DNA from: Patescibacteria group bacterium
Lineage (GTDB): Bacteria; Patescibacteriota; Patescibacteriia; Patescibacteriales; JBAZCA01
NCBI GenBank assembly: GCA_041661505.1
Contig: JBAZUF010000001.1
Span: 177,576-241,575 of the forward strand
DNA: 64,000 nt
Direction of reading: 5' to 3'
This document shows, in pieces, positions 57,057 to 64,000 of the stretch. The notes below the pieces were generated by a model. It did no database searches, had not been told where the DNA came from, and worked only from the letters and a program-made list of their open reading frames with translations. The translations under genes and the position numbers were made by a program. How positions within the stretch are numbered: position 1 is the first letter of the stretch; each line of letters starts with the position of its first letter.

Positions 57057-57163
57057 TTGAAAACTTTTTTAAAAAAAGTTTTCAACGCTTTCAAAAAATA
57101 TAATGTATCGAATAAAATTTTTATAGCGGGCAAAGCCCTAGGGCCATAAAAATTTTATTCGAT
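57057..57163. repeat. Composite intergenic repeat, copy B (inverted relative to copy A)
   Basis: Palindrome ttgaaaacttttttaaaaaaagttttcaa; spacer cgctttcaaaaaatataatgt; hairpin atcgaataaaatttttat-(21 nt GC-rich loop)-ataaaaattttattcgat. The arm sequences differ from copy A but remain perfectly complementary. Confidence 0.8.
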
Positions 57164-57166
57164 GGA

Positions 57167-57667
57167 TTATACTCCCTCGTAAACATTAATGCTTTTTCCT
57201 TCGGGCAAAGTAACAATGGCTTTCTTCCAGCTTTTTCTTTCTCCGGATATGCGCCCGTATCGGACTTTCTTTCCCATATTATTAATCATGTTTACTTTTA
57301 TCGGTTTAATTCCGTAAACTTCAAAAATCGCTTTAGCCACTTCAATCTTATTGGTGTGTCGGGCGACGGAAAAAAGATATTTGTTCCCCGAACCTAAAAT
57401 CGAGGCTTTTTCCGTTACTAAAGGCTTAACTAAAACCCGGTAAGCTTGGCCGAGTTTTCTTTTTTCCCCGGGCTTCGCTCCTTGGCTTTCTTTCGCGGCC
57501 GCTCCCGAATACAAATCTTTCATGCTGGTTTTTTCCTTCTCATCCTTAGCCGGCGCATTGGAAACACTAGCCGGTTTTTTGTCAGCTTTTTTTACCGCCT
57601 TTTTTTCCTTGTCCGCCGCTTCTTTGGCGGAGGCGGGTTCTTGTTTTCCGAATAATGCGCTTGCCAT
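57167..57667 (-). CDS. rplW: 50S ribosomal protein L23 with a ~70-aa N-terminal extension
   Basis: Core YRVLVKPLVTEKAS...YLFSVARHTNKIEVAKAIFEVYG. ATG at 57667. Confidence 0.9.
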   Translation of the reverse strand: MASALFGKQEPASAKEAADKEKKAVKKADKKPASVSNAPAKDEKEKTSMKDLYSGAAAKESQGAKPGEKRKLGQAYRVLVKPLVTEKASILGSGNKYLFSVARHTNKIEVAKAIFEVYGIKPIKVNMINNMGKKVRYGRISGERKSWKKAIVTLPEGKSINVYEGV

Positions 57668-57690
57668 ATATAATCTCAATTTCTAATTTA

Positions 57691-58458
57691 TTATTTTTGT
57701 TTGCTTTTTCTGGCGGACGGCTGGCTATGCTTAACGCCGGACGAGCCGTATTTTTCTTCCAATTTTTTTACTGCCGGTTCCGTAATTATCATTTCCCGGT
57801 ATTTTAATAAATCCAAAACATTAATATTGTCCAAATTAATCACCCGGACTCCTTCTAAATTTTTTCCCGATCTCGCCGCCTTGTCGTCCTTTTTATCCAA
57901 AACGACAATGGCGCTTCTTTTCTTTTCTTTCTTTTTGGCGGCTTTGGCGCCTGCTTTGTCTCCCTGTCCGCCTACAGGCTTAACTTCCTGGGCAGAAATT
58001 TTCCCGCTTCCTAAAATTTTATTTAACACCTCTTCGAATTTTTTGGTTTTATATTCTTCCAATTTCAATTCGTTCAAAACAAAAAACTTTTCATCTTTTA
58101 CCCGGTCAGACATTACCATGCAGATCGCTTTCCGGTTCGTCTTCTTATTGATTTTCAATTTGAAATTGCGCTCTTTTAACGGCCCGAAAGTGATTCCTCC
58201 GCCTTTCCATAAGGGGGAACGGATTGTTCCGGCTCTGGCCCGTCCGGTCCCTTTTTGTTTCCAGGGCTTTTTTCCTCCGCCGCGGACGTTTGACCGGGTT
58301 TTGGTGTGGGCTAAAACTTTTCTTTTATTGGCCATCATGGCGGTTACCACCTGGCGCAAAACTTCGTTATTAGCTTCCACGCCGAAAACTTTATCGGATA
58401 AATTCATTTCTCCGACTTCCGCGCCTTCTTGGTTTTGAACTTTTATTTTAATTGACAT
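57691..58458 (-). CDS. rplD: 50S ribosomal protein L4 (with a C-terminal extension)
   Basis: HTKTRSNVRGGGKKPWKQKGTGRARAGTIRSPLWKGGG. Confidence 0.95.
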   Translation of the reverse strand: MSIKIKVQNQEGAEVGEMNLSDKVFGVEANNEVLRQVVTAMMANKRKVLAHTKTRSNVRGGGKKPWKQKGTGRARAGTIRSPLWKGGGITFGPLKERNFKLKINKKTNRKAICMVMSDRVKDEKFFVLNELKLEEYKTKKFEEVLNKILGSGKISAQEVKPVGGQGDKAGAKAAKKKEKKRSAIVVLDKKDDKAARSGKNLEGVRVINLDNINVLDLLKYREMIITEPAVKKLEEKYGSSGVKHSQPSARKSKQK

Positions 58459-58460
58459 AT

Positions 58461-59339
58461 TTATTTAGCTTTTTCTTCGGTTTTATTTTCCGCCTTAACC
58501 TCTTCAGCCGGCTTCACATCCACAGTCTTTGCTTCTTCCGCGGCTGGTTCAGCTTTTACTTCTGCGTTAACTGTTTCGGATTCAGTCTTCACCTTTTCAA
58601 CCGGCTTAACATCCTCGTCTTTCACCACTTCCACGGCAGGCTCAACGACCGGTTCAGCTTTAACTTCCGGAACGGCAACTTTCAGTTCTCCCGGACCCTG
58701 GACCATAACCAGGCTGTTTCTCGCTCCCGGGACTGAACCTCTAATATACAAAATATTATTTTCTTCGTCGATTTGGATAACTTCCAGATTAGTGGTCGTG
58801 GACTTGGCGTTGCCCATATGGCCCGGCATGCGCATCCCTTTAAAAACGTGGGCCGGTTCGGTAGCGCCGATCGAACCCGGCATGCGCAGCTGGTCTTTAT
58901 TTCCATGAGTAGCCTTTTGTCCGGAAAATCCGTGCCGTTTTACCACTCCCTGAAAACCTTTGCCTTTGGAAGTGCCGGTTACTTTTATAACATCACCGAC
59001 TTTAAAAGTAGTTACGTCAATGATGTCGCCCATTTTTACCTCGGCTTTTTCGCTTCTTCCGTTCTTATCCAATCTGAATTCGCGCACGTATCTTAAATCG
59101 GTTTTTTCTTTTTGCCCGGCTAGCTTTCCGGCTTTTTTCAAATGTCCTTTCACCGGCTTGGTCATGTTCTTTTCTTTCTTCGCGCCGTAGCCCACCTGCA
59201 CGGCCTGGTAACCATCCTTATCGGAATTTTTCACCTGGGTTACGAGACAAGGTCCGGCCTGAACCCGGGTCACCGGTATTACGGCGTCCCCTTTCCAAAC
59301 CTGGGTCATATCTAATTTTTTTCCTAGTATGAATTTCAT
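58461..59339 (-). CDS. rplC: 50S ribosomal protein L3 with a ~80-aa acidic/Lys-rich C-terminal extension
   Basis: MKFILGKKLDMTQVW...FKGMRMPGHMG. Confidence 0.95.
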   Translation of the reverse strand: MKFILGKKLDMTQVWKGDAVIPVTRVQAGPCLVTQVKNSDKDGYQAVQVGYGAKKEKNMTKPVKGHLKKAGKLAGQKEKTDLRYVREFRLDKNGRSEKAEVKMGDIIDVTTFKVGDVIKVTGTSKGKGFQGVVKRHGFSGQKATHGNKDQLRMPGSIGATEPAHVFKGMRMPGHMGNAKSTTTNLEVIQIDEENNILYIRGSVPGARNSLVMVQGPGELKVAVPEVKAEPVVEPAVEVVKDEDVKPVEKVKTESETVNAEVKAEPAAEEAKTVDVKPAEEVKAENKTEEKAK

Positions 59340-59600
59340 ACGCTTAACTGGATTGTTCTTTAAACAAAAAAACTGGTCTTAACACAAAAACCAGCATAAC
59401 AATTTATCGCCGTTTCTTTGTTGTGTTTTAGACTTTTTTAGAGAAAATATTCTCCTCTTCTTTGGTGCTAATTATTATAGGACTTTCCCTCGCGTTTTGC
59501 AACCCCCCTGGGAGTACCTATAATTATCGGCTCCAAATTTTAAATAACCGCGCCTTTTCCGCCTCTTCTGCCTCTTTAGGCAACAAGTTCAGCGGACAAG

Positions 59601-60002
59601 CTACATCTTTATTTCCACATCCACGCCGGCCGGAAGCGTCAAAGAGGACAGAGCCTCAATCGTTTGGGCCGTCGGGTCGATAATATCAATTAATCTTTTG
59701 TGGATTCGCATTTCGAACTGGTCTCGGGCGTCTTTATGGACAAAAGTCGATCGGTTAACCGTATATTTCTTCTTTTCCACCGGCAGGGGAATCGGTCCAA
59801 AAGTTTTGGCGCCGCTTCGCTCGGCGGTTTCAATAATCGTCCGGGCTGATTCGTCGATAATTTTATGATCAAAAGCTTTTACCTTAATCCGAATTTTCGG
59901 CTTTTCGTCCCCGCCTGACGGTCGAGCAGGTGTTTTCGGTGCGGCTTTCTTTTCTTCTTGCCTGACTGCCGTTGAGGCAGGTTTGGTTTTTACTGCTGGC
60001 AT
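59601..60002 (-). CDS. rpsJ: 30S ribosomal protein S10 with a ~35-aa N-terminal extension
   Basis: [30 protein letters not shown]...[12 protein letters not shown]. Confidence 0.95.
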   Translation of the reverse strand: MPAVKTKPASTAVRQEEKKAAPKTPARPSGGDEKPKIRIKVKAFDHKIIDESARTIIETAERSGAKTFGPIPLPVEKKKYTVNRSTFVHKDARDQFEMRIHKRLIDIIDPTAQTIEALSSLTLPAGVDVEIKM

Positions 60003-60057
60003 GATTCTTGCTTTACAATTTACTGTTTAAATTTTTCAATCAAATAAACACTTAAAT

Positions 60058-60078
60058 CCGCACACTGGCAGTGTGCGG
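60058..60078 (-). terminator. Hairpin between tuf and rpsJ (attenuator or partial terminator)
   Basis: A perfect 9-bp stem ccgcacact/agtgtgcgg with a 3-nt loop. The downstream minus strand is only moderately U-rich. Confidence 0.4.
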
Positions 60079-60089
60079 ACAAAAAGTTC

Positions 60090-61277
60090 CTACTTGAAAA
60101 TCTTAGTTACTACTCCGGCACCGACGGTTCTTCCGCCTTCGCGGATGGCGAATCTTTGCTTTTCTTCCAAAGCGACCGCCGCGATCAGCTTCACTTTTAA
60201 ATTAACGGTATCGCCAGGCATAACCATCTCGGTTCCTTCCGGCAATTCAATTTCTCCGGTTACGTCAGTGGTCCGAATATAGAATTGGGGCTTATAGCCT
60301 TTGAAAAACGGTTTGTGGCGTCCGCCTTCTTCTTTAGACAAAACGTAAATTTCGCCTTCAAAATCAGTGTGCGGAGTTACGGTTCCAGTCTTAGCCAAAA
60401 CCTGGCCTCTTTCGACGTCATCCTTTTTGGTTCCGCGCAAAAGCAGTCCGGCGTTATCTCCGGCCCGGCCTTCGTCCAATTGTTTATTGAACATTTCTAC
60501 GCCGGTAACCACAGTCTTCGAAGTCGGACCCAGTCCGACGATTTCCACTTCTTCATTGACTTTAATTACTCCTCTTTCAATTCTTCCGGTAACGACGGTT
60601 CCGCGGCCTTCAATTGAGAAGATATCTTCAATCGGCATGAGGAATGGCTTATCGGTTTGCCTTACCGGTTCCGGGATGGATTCGTCTAAAGCTTTTAAGA
60701 GGTCGAGCACCGGCTTGGCGTCTTCGCCAGACGGGTTATTCAAGGCCTTTAAGGCTGAACCTCTTATCACCGGGATGGTGTCGCCGGGGAATTCATATTT
60801 TTTCAATAGATCGCGGATTTCTTCTTCGACCAAGTCAATCAAATCTTTATCTTCAACCATGTCGCATTTGTTTAGAAAGACGACGATTGAAGGCACGCCG
60901 ACTTGGCGGGCTAAAATGATGTGCTCCCGAGTTTGGGGCATCGGTCCGTCAGTAGCGGCAACGACTAAAATTGCTCCGTCCATCTGGGCGGCTCCGGTAA
61001 TCATGTTTTTTACGTAGTCAGCGTGTCCCGGACAGTCTACGTGGGCGTAGTGGCGGGCCTCCGACTCGTACTCGACGTGGGCGGTAGCGATGGTAATTCC
61101 TCGGGCCTTTTCTTCAGGAGCCGAGTCAATTTGATCTACCGATTTTTTTGTTGCTCTCATCCCCTTGGCATCCACAACATTAAGGATGGCGGCCGTCAAC
61201 GTGGTCTTACCATGGTCTACGTGGCCAATGGTCCCTACATTGACATGGGGCTTGGTGCGTTCAAATTTCTCTGCCAT
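60090..61277 (-). CDS. tuf: Elongation factor Tu
   Basis: [22 protein letters not shown]. Confidence 0.98.
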   Translation of the reverse strand: MAEKFERTKPHVNVGTIGHVDHGKTTLTAAILNVVDAKGMRATKKSVDQIDSAPEEKARGITIATAHVEYESEARHYAHVDCPGHADYVKNMITGAAQMDGAILVVAATDGPMPQTREHIILARQVGVPSIVVFLNKCDMVEDKDLIDLVEEEIRDLLKKYEFPGDTIPVIRGSALKALNNPSGEDAKPVLDLLKALDESIPEPVRQTDKPFLMPIEDIFSIEGRGTVVTGRIERGVIKVNEEVEIVGLGPTSKTVVTGVEMFNKQLDEGRAGDNAGLLLRGTKKDDVERGQVLAKTGTVTPHTDFEGEIYVLSKEEGGRHKPFFKGYKPQFYIRTTDVTGEIELPEGTEMVMPGDTVNLKVKLIAAVALEEKQRFAIREGGRTVGAGVVTKIFK

Positions 61278-61393
61278 AGTTTAATTGGTTCGGCCCCCAT
61301 GCCAGGCATCGGGGTTTTTTCTCCCGAGAACTCGGGAGAACCAGCCGGAAAAATATTAAAATTTATAAATTATTTATAAAAAATGTCTTCTTT

Positions 61394-62050
61394 TTAATAG
61401 GGCAATTCATCAATCTCTTCCAAATAATTCTTTCCTTCTTCAACTACTTCGTCCGCCGCTTTTTTTCGGTCAGTCGGTATAGACCATCTGCGCGGCTTGT
61501 TTTCCATCGCTTCGGCCAAAGAAACATCGTCTCTAACTTCTTCTTCGGTAAACGGGCCGTAATAATATTTTTTGTCCGCTACAGCCTTAATTAAGTCTGA
61601 TTCATCTCTTAAAGCATCATGCCGGCCGGGCCTCTCTTCGGCTTTAAATTCCGCCTGTTCAAACTGGACGCCCATTTTCGGCGAAAATTGTTTATATTCT
61701 TCCGGCTCAAAATAGAATTCTTCTTCTAGCTCATCCTCCAGCTCTTCATGCAAGCTTTCTATTTCATCCTCATCCGCGATTTCTTCACCACAGCCATTTT
61801 CATAGTCCTTATCCAGATACTCATTAAAAAAAACCTGATCACTTTTCCAAATAGCAATATCGCGATTTATTTTATCAAGTAATTCATCTTCTGTCAACCC
61901 CCGAACCCCGCTCTTTTTAACCATCAATCTTTCATACTCATCCAGGGCCAAAACCACATACGGGGCATCAGATTTTACGTTATCAAAAACAATCAGCCGG
62001 TCGCCGGTCTTTTTCGCCAATTCCATCGCCCGCTTGAGTTGGTTTTGCAT
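61394..62050 (-). CDS. Hypothetical acidic protein
   Basis: ATG ORF of 218 aa. The N-terminal RLIVFDNVKSDAPYVVLALDEYERL loosely resembles a Phd/YefM-type strand-helix. The central region is Glu/Asp-rich. Confidence 0.4.
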   Translation of the reverse strand: MQNQLKRAMELAKKTGDRLIVFDNVKSDAPYVVLALDEYERLMVKKSGVRGLTEDELLDKINRDIAIWKSDQVFFNEYLDKDYENGCGEEIADEDEIESLHEELEDELEEEFYFEPEEYKQFSPKMGVQFEQAEFKAEERPGRHDALRDESDLIKAVADKKYYYGPFTEEEVRDDVSLAEAMENKPRRWSIPTDRKKAADEVVEEGKNYLEEIDELPY

Positions 62051-62053
62051 AAT

Positions 62054-62257
62054 TTAAAGACAATTAATGTCAATATTAGTGATTTTTATAATATTGCCAA
62101 GCGTGCCTTTTCGCAACTCCTTGTGGTTGGGGACAATAACAATTATCTTATTCTTCTTCAGCTTTATGTGGCTTCCTTTTTGGGATGCTAATTCAAATCC
62201 CTCTTTTATCAGGGTTTTTACCAACTGTTCTCCCGAAATTTAGGGCAATTTAGGCAT
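62054..62257 (-). pseudogene. hicA: hicA-type toxin gene interrupted by an in-frame TAA at codon 6
   Basis: Manual translation gives MPKLP*ISGEQLVKTLIKEGFELASQKGSHIKLKKNKIIVIVPNHKELRKGTLGNIIKITNI.... The HicA hallmarks (PKLP.SG.E..K.L...GF......GSH) are present. The ATG overlaps the hicB stop by 8 nt. Confidence 0.65.
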
Positions 62258-62483
62258 AACTGCATTTTACTTCTACCGGAACCATAAATTCATTCTCGCT
62301 CTCGATTTCGCAGAATTTTTTTTCATTTCCTTCCAGATATAATTCAATAGCTTCTTTAATATTTTTAATAGCCTCTTCAAAAGTATCACCCTGGGAAAAA
62401 CAGCCCGGCAACGAAGGAACGCTTACGCTATAGCCCCCATCCGCCTCTTCGGAAAAAATTACGTTGTACTTTTTTAGTTCCAT
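62250..62483 (-). CDS. hicB: HicB-family antitoxin (UPF0150 fold, no DNA-binding extension)
   Basis: YNVIFSEEADGGYSVSVPSLPGCFSQGDTFEEAIKNIKEAIELYLE. Confidence 0.8.
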   Translation of the reverse strand: MELKKYNVIFSEEADGGYSVSVPSLPGCFSQGDTFEEAIKNIKEAIELYLEGNEKKFCEIESENEFMVPVEVKCSYA

Positions 62484-62635
62484 ATTTTTAAAAGTCCGAA
62501 AAATCGCTCTCCCTAGAGCTTTTCAAATCTTCTTTAATATTATATGAATTTAAAAAAAGCGTCAAGAGTCCCGAAAGAAGTTAAAAACGGGTGGCAGCCC
62601 GTCTTTATGCTTGTTATATTCGTTAAATATTAAAC

Positions 62636-63256
62636 TCACGCCTCTAAAATTTTATTGGCTTCCGCCGCTATCTTTTTTTTCACCGCTTCCCAGTCCGTTT
62701 TTTTTATCATAATCGGCATCGGCTCATCTTCGGCATCTTCAAAAAAAACCAAACTTTTCAGTATGTGCAGCTTATTGTATTTTATATTTTGAAATTTTTT
62801 TTCAAAAAACCCGATTAATTCCGGCAACCGGTATTTTAGAAGCAAATAATAAATATCAATAAAATCTTTTTTACTGCCTCGGGAAGAGGCGGCGTCAATT
62901 TTCATAGCCGCGATATCTCTTTCATCGGCCAGCTTTATTCCCTCCCAACCGATTAACGGATAAAGCAGGCTATAGTCGTAGCGTAAAAAACTGACTTTCA
63001 CGCCGTCTAGCGCTCCATGCAGAGTCCATTCTTCTTCGCCGGACAATTTAAACTCGCCAAGGACGGATATTTTTTTCTTTACGGCTTCCAAAGAAAAACT
63101 ATCGGCCGTAAACCAGTCAAGATCGATAGATATTCTATGCCCAAGCTGGAGCGCTAAAGCCGTACCTCCAGCCAGATAAAAACTATCGGCTATACCGCTC
63201 CCGGCAATCTTTTCCAAAACGCGCCTTGTTTCCTGGCTGACTGTTTTTTCAAACAT
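62636..63256 (-). CDS. Nucleotidyltransferase AbiEii/AbiGii-family toxin
   Basis: FYLAGGTALALQLGHRISIDLDWF and SRGSKKDFIDIYYL. Confidence 0.75.
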   Translation of the reverse strand: MFEKTVSQETRRVLEKIAGSGIADSFYLAGGTALALQLGHRISIDLDWFTADSFSLEAVKKKISVLGEFKLSGEEEWTLHGALDGVKVSFLRYDYSLLYPLIGWEGIKLADERDIAAMKIDAASSRGSKKDFIDIYYLLLKYRLPELIGFFEKKFQNIKYNKLHILKSLVFFEDAEDEPMPIMIKKTDWEAVKKKIAAEANKILEA

Positions 63257-63492
63257 TTATTTTTATCTATGTTAAAATACTGGCACCAAAAAGAAAATGA
63301 TTTTTTATTCAAAACCGCCCCGCTCCCCGGCACCAAACTTTTTATCGCTTCCAAACCGTAAAACTTCCTCGCCCACCGGAAGTCGTCTAAATCTCCGGCG
63401 TCCAATATCCGGCGGATTACAAACACCTTGTTTTTTACCGCATTAATTTTGTCCGTATCCCAAAAAAGCGCTTTTTTTTCGGTTGGTTTCAT
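63190..63492 (-). CDS. Cognate antitoxin-like partner of the AbiEii-type gene
   Basis: ALFWDTDKINAVKNKVFVIRRILDAGDLDDFRWARKFYG...LNKKSFSFW, a pattern I associate with partners found upstream of small AbiEii genes. It overlaps the toxin ORF by 67 nt. Confidence 0.5.
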   Translation of the reverse strand: MKPTEKKALFWDTDKINAVKNKVFVIRRILDAGDLDDFRWARKFYGLEAIKSLVPGSGAVLNKKSFSFWCQYFNIDKNKCLKKQSARKQGAFWKRLPGAV

Positions 63493-63552
63493 ACTAATAT
63501 TATACACTATTTGGCGTTTTTTGCAAAGATTTTAAGGTGGCCAAATTTTCCC

Positions 63553-63585
63553 AAAAACAAAAGCAGAGCCAACAAATGCTCTGCT
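63553..63585 (-). terminator. Intrinsic terminator downstream of the partial TSP3-repeat gene
   Basis: Stem agcagagc/gctctgct, followed on the minus strand by TTTGTTTTTGGG. Confidence 0.55.
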
Positions 63586-63704
63586 TCAAACAATGTTTTA
63601 TTTTAAGCTTATTTCTTCCTCTTCTCAATAATTTCCAGCGCGACATTATTCGGGACTTCAGCGTAATGCAGGAGTTCCGTTGAGTAGCTCGCCCGGCAGA
63701 TATT

Positions 63705-64000
63705 CTACTCAATTATTTTGCCGCTTCCTTTGGGATTATAGCCGTCCAGCACTTCGGTTCCGTCCTTGAATCCGTCGCCGTCGGTGTCGGATTTTTTCGG
63801 ATCGGTTCCGAGCTTGGCTTCGGTCTCATCGGCGACCAGGTCCTTGTCCGAGTCCTTCTTCTGGGTGGCGCCGGAATAGGTTATCGCCTGCATGGCGTTC
63901 CAGTTTTCGGTCGTGCTTGGAGCTTTACCGAAAATATTCTTGAAAATTTTGATGCCGGCTTTTTCCGAGTTTAAATTCCGATTCTCGGCTTTTTGCCTTA
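63705..64000 (-). CDS. C-terminal part of a TSP3-repeat secreted protein (5' end beyond the window)
   Basis: The frame is open to base 64000. It ends ...TDPKKSDTDGDGFKDGTEVLDGYNPKGSGKIIE. Confidence 0.6.
   Translation of the reverse strand, partial: RQKAENRNLNSEKAGIKIFKNIFGKAPSTTENWNAMQAITYSGATQKKDSDKDLVADETEAKLGTDPKKSDTDGDGFKDGTEVLDGYNPKGSGKIIE

Noticed and set aside
51341-57166. CRISPR array suggested by recurring palindromic repeats
   Set aside because: The copies are kilobases apart, separated by ribosomal genes, and in mixed orientation. There is no regular repeat-spacer periodicity and no cas genes.
59480-59491. RNase P RNA (minus strand GAGGGAAAGTCC resembles CR-I GAGGAAAGUCC)
   Set aside because: It is not followed by the GGGC context. 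There is no ACAGAA.. CR-V-like element. The whole spacer is only 261 nt and mostly AT-rich.
61297-61345. Plus-strand-oriented terminator-like hairpins upstream of tuf (cccca-tgc-cag-gca-t-c-gggg followed by TTTTTT; ctcccgag-aac-tcgggag)
   Set aside because: There is no plus-strand gene to terminate. They are probably 5'-UTR structure of tuf or an antisense insulator. The evidence is too weak to call a feature.
63500-63712. 70-aa ORF in the track
   Set aside because: It lies in a terminator-containing spacer, has no motif, and overlaps both neighbours' ends. It is likely spurious.

Overview
This is a 64-kb window with about 71 protein genes. All but one (13941..14213) are on the minus strand, the genetic code is standard (RF2 is present and TGA is used as a stop), and I found no rRNA, tRNA or CRISPR array. 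By inference only, the content looks like a Candidate Phyla Radiation / Patescibacteria (Parcubacteria-like) genome. The reasons are an S10-spc ribosomal operon with no L30 gene between rpsE and rplO, long extensions on several r-proteins, class III RNR only, giant Cys-rich surface proteins with pilin-like N-termini, and thrombospondin-type-3 repeat proteins.

Gene order from left to right:
- comEC (5' part) and prfB, then an HtrA-type protease and an Ogt-like gene.
- The operon nrdR-nrdD-(separate glycyl-radical ORF)-nrdG, with a sigma70-like promoter, NrdR boxes, two DnaA boxes and a terminator-like leader hairpin.
- An accessory stretch (8.5-19.1 kb). It holds a PolB-exo-like exonuclease plus a Pif1-like helicase, an AT-rich four-gene operon (LexA-type S24 repressor, MazF-like RNase, TcmP-like protein, CX3CX3C radical-SAM-like protein), a Type IIG restriction-modification fusion with a membrane-anchored wHTH gene and a SWIM protein, and an orphan gene.
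- ftsA-ftsZ, dgkA and ybeY.
- A 12-kb surface cluster (930-aa and 2273-aa pilin-domain proteins plus two TSP3-repeat membrane proteins).
- fba, tpiA, a D-Ala-D-Ala carboxypeptidase, scpB/scpA, aspS, recO, ruvX, map and adk.
- secY and the r-protein operon up to tuf.
- hicB with a nonsense-disrupted hicA, an AbiEii-type pair, and a partial TSP3 protein.

The most interesting signals are these:
- the LexA-like/MazF/TcmP/three-Cys operon with phased operators;
- the pilin-domain giant adhesin cluster;
- the split nrdD;
- a family of composite hairpin/palindrome repeats inside the ribosomal operon.

All family assignments come from motifs I read in the translations. No database search was run.
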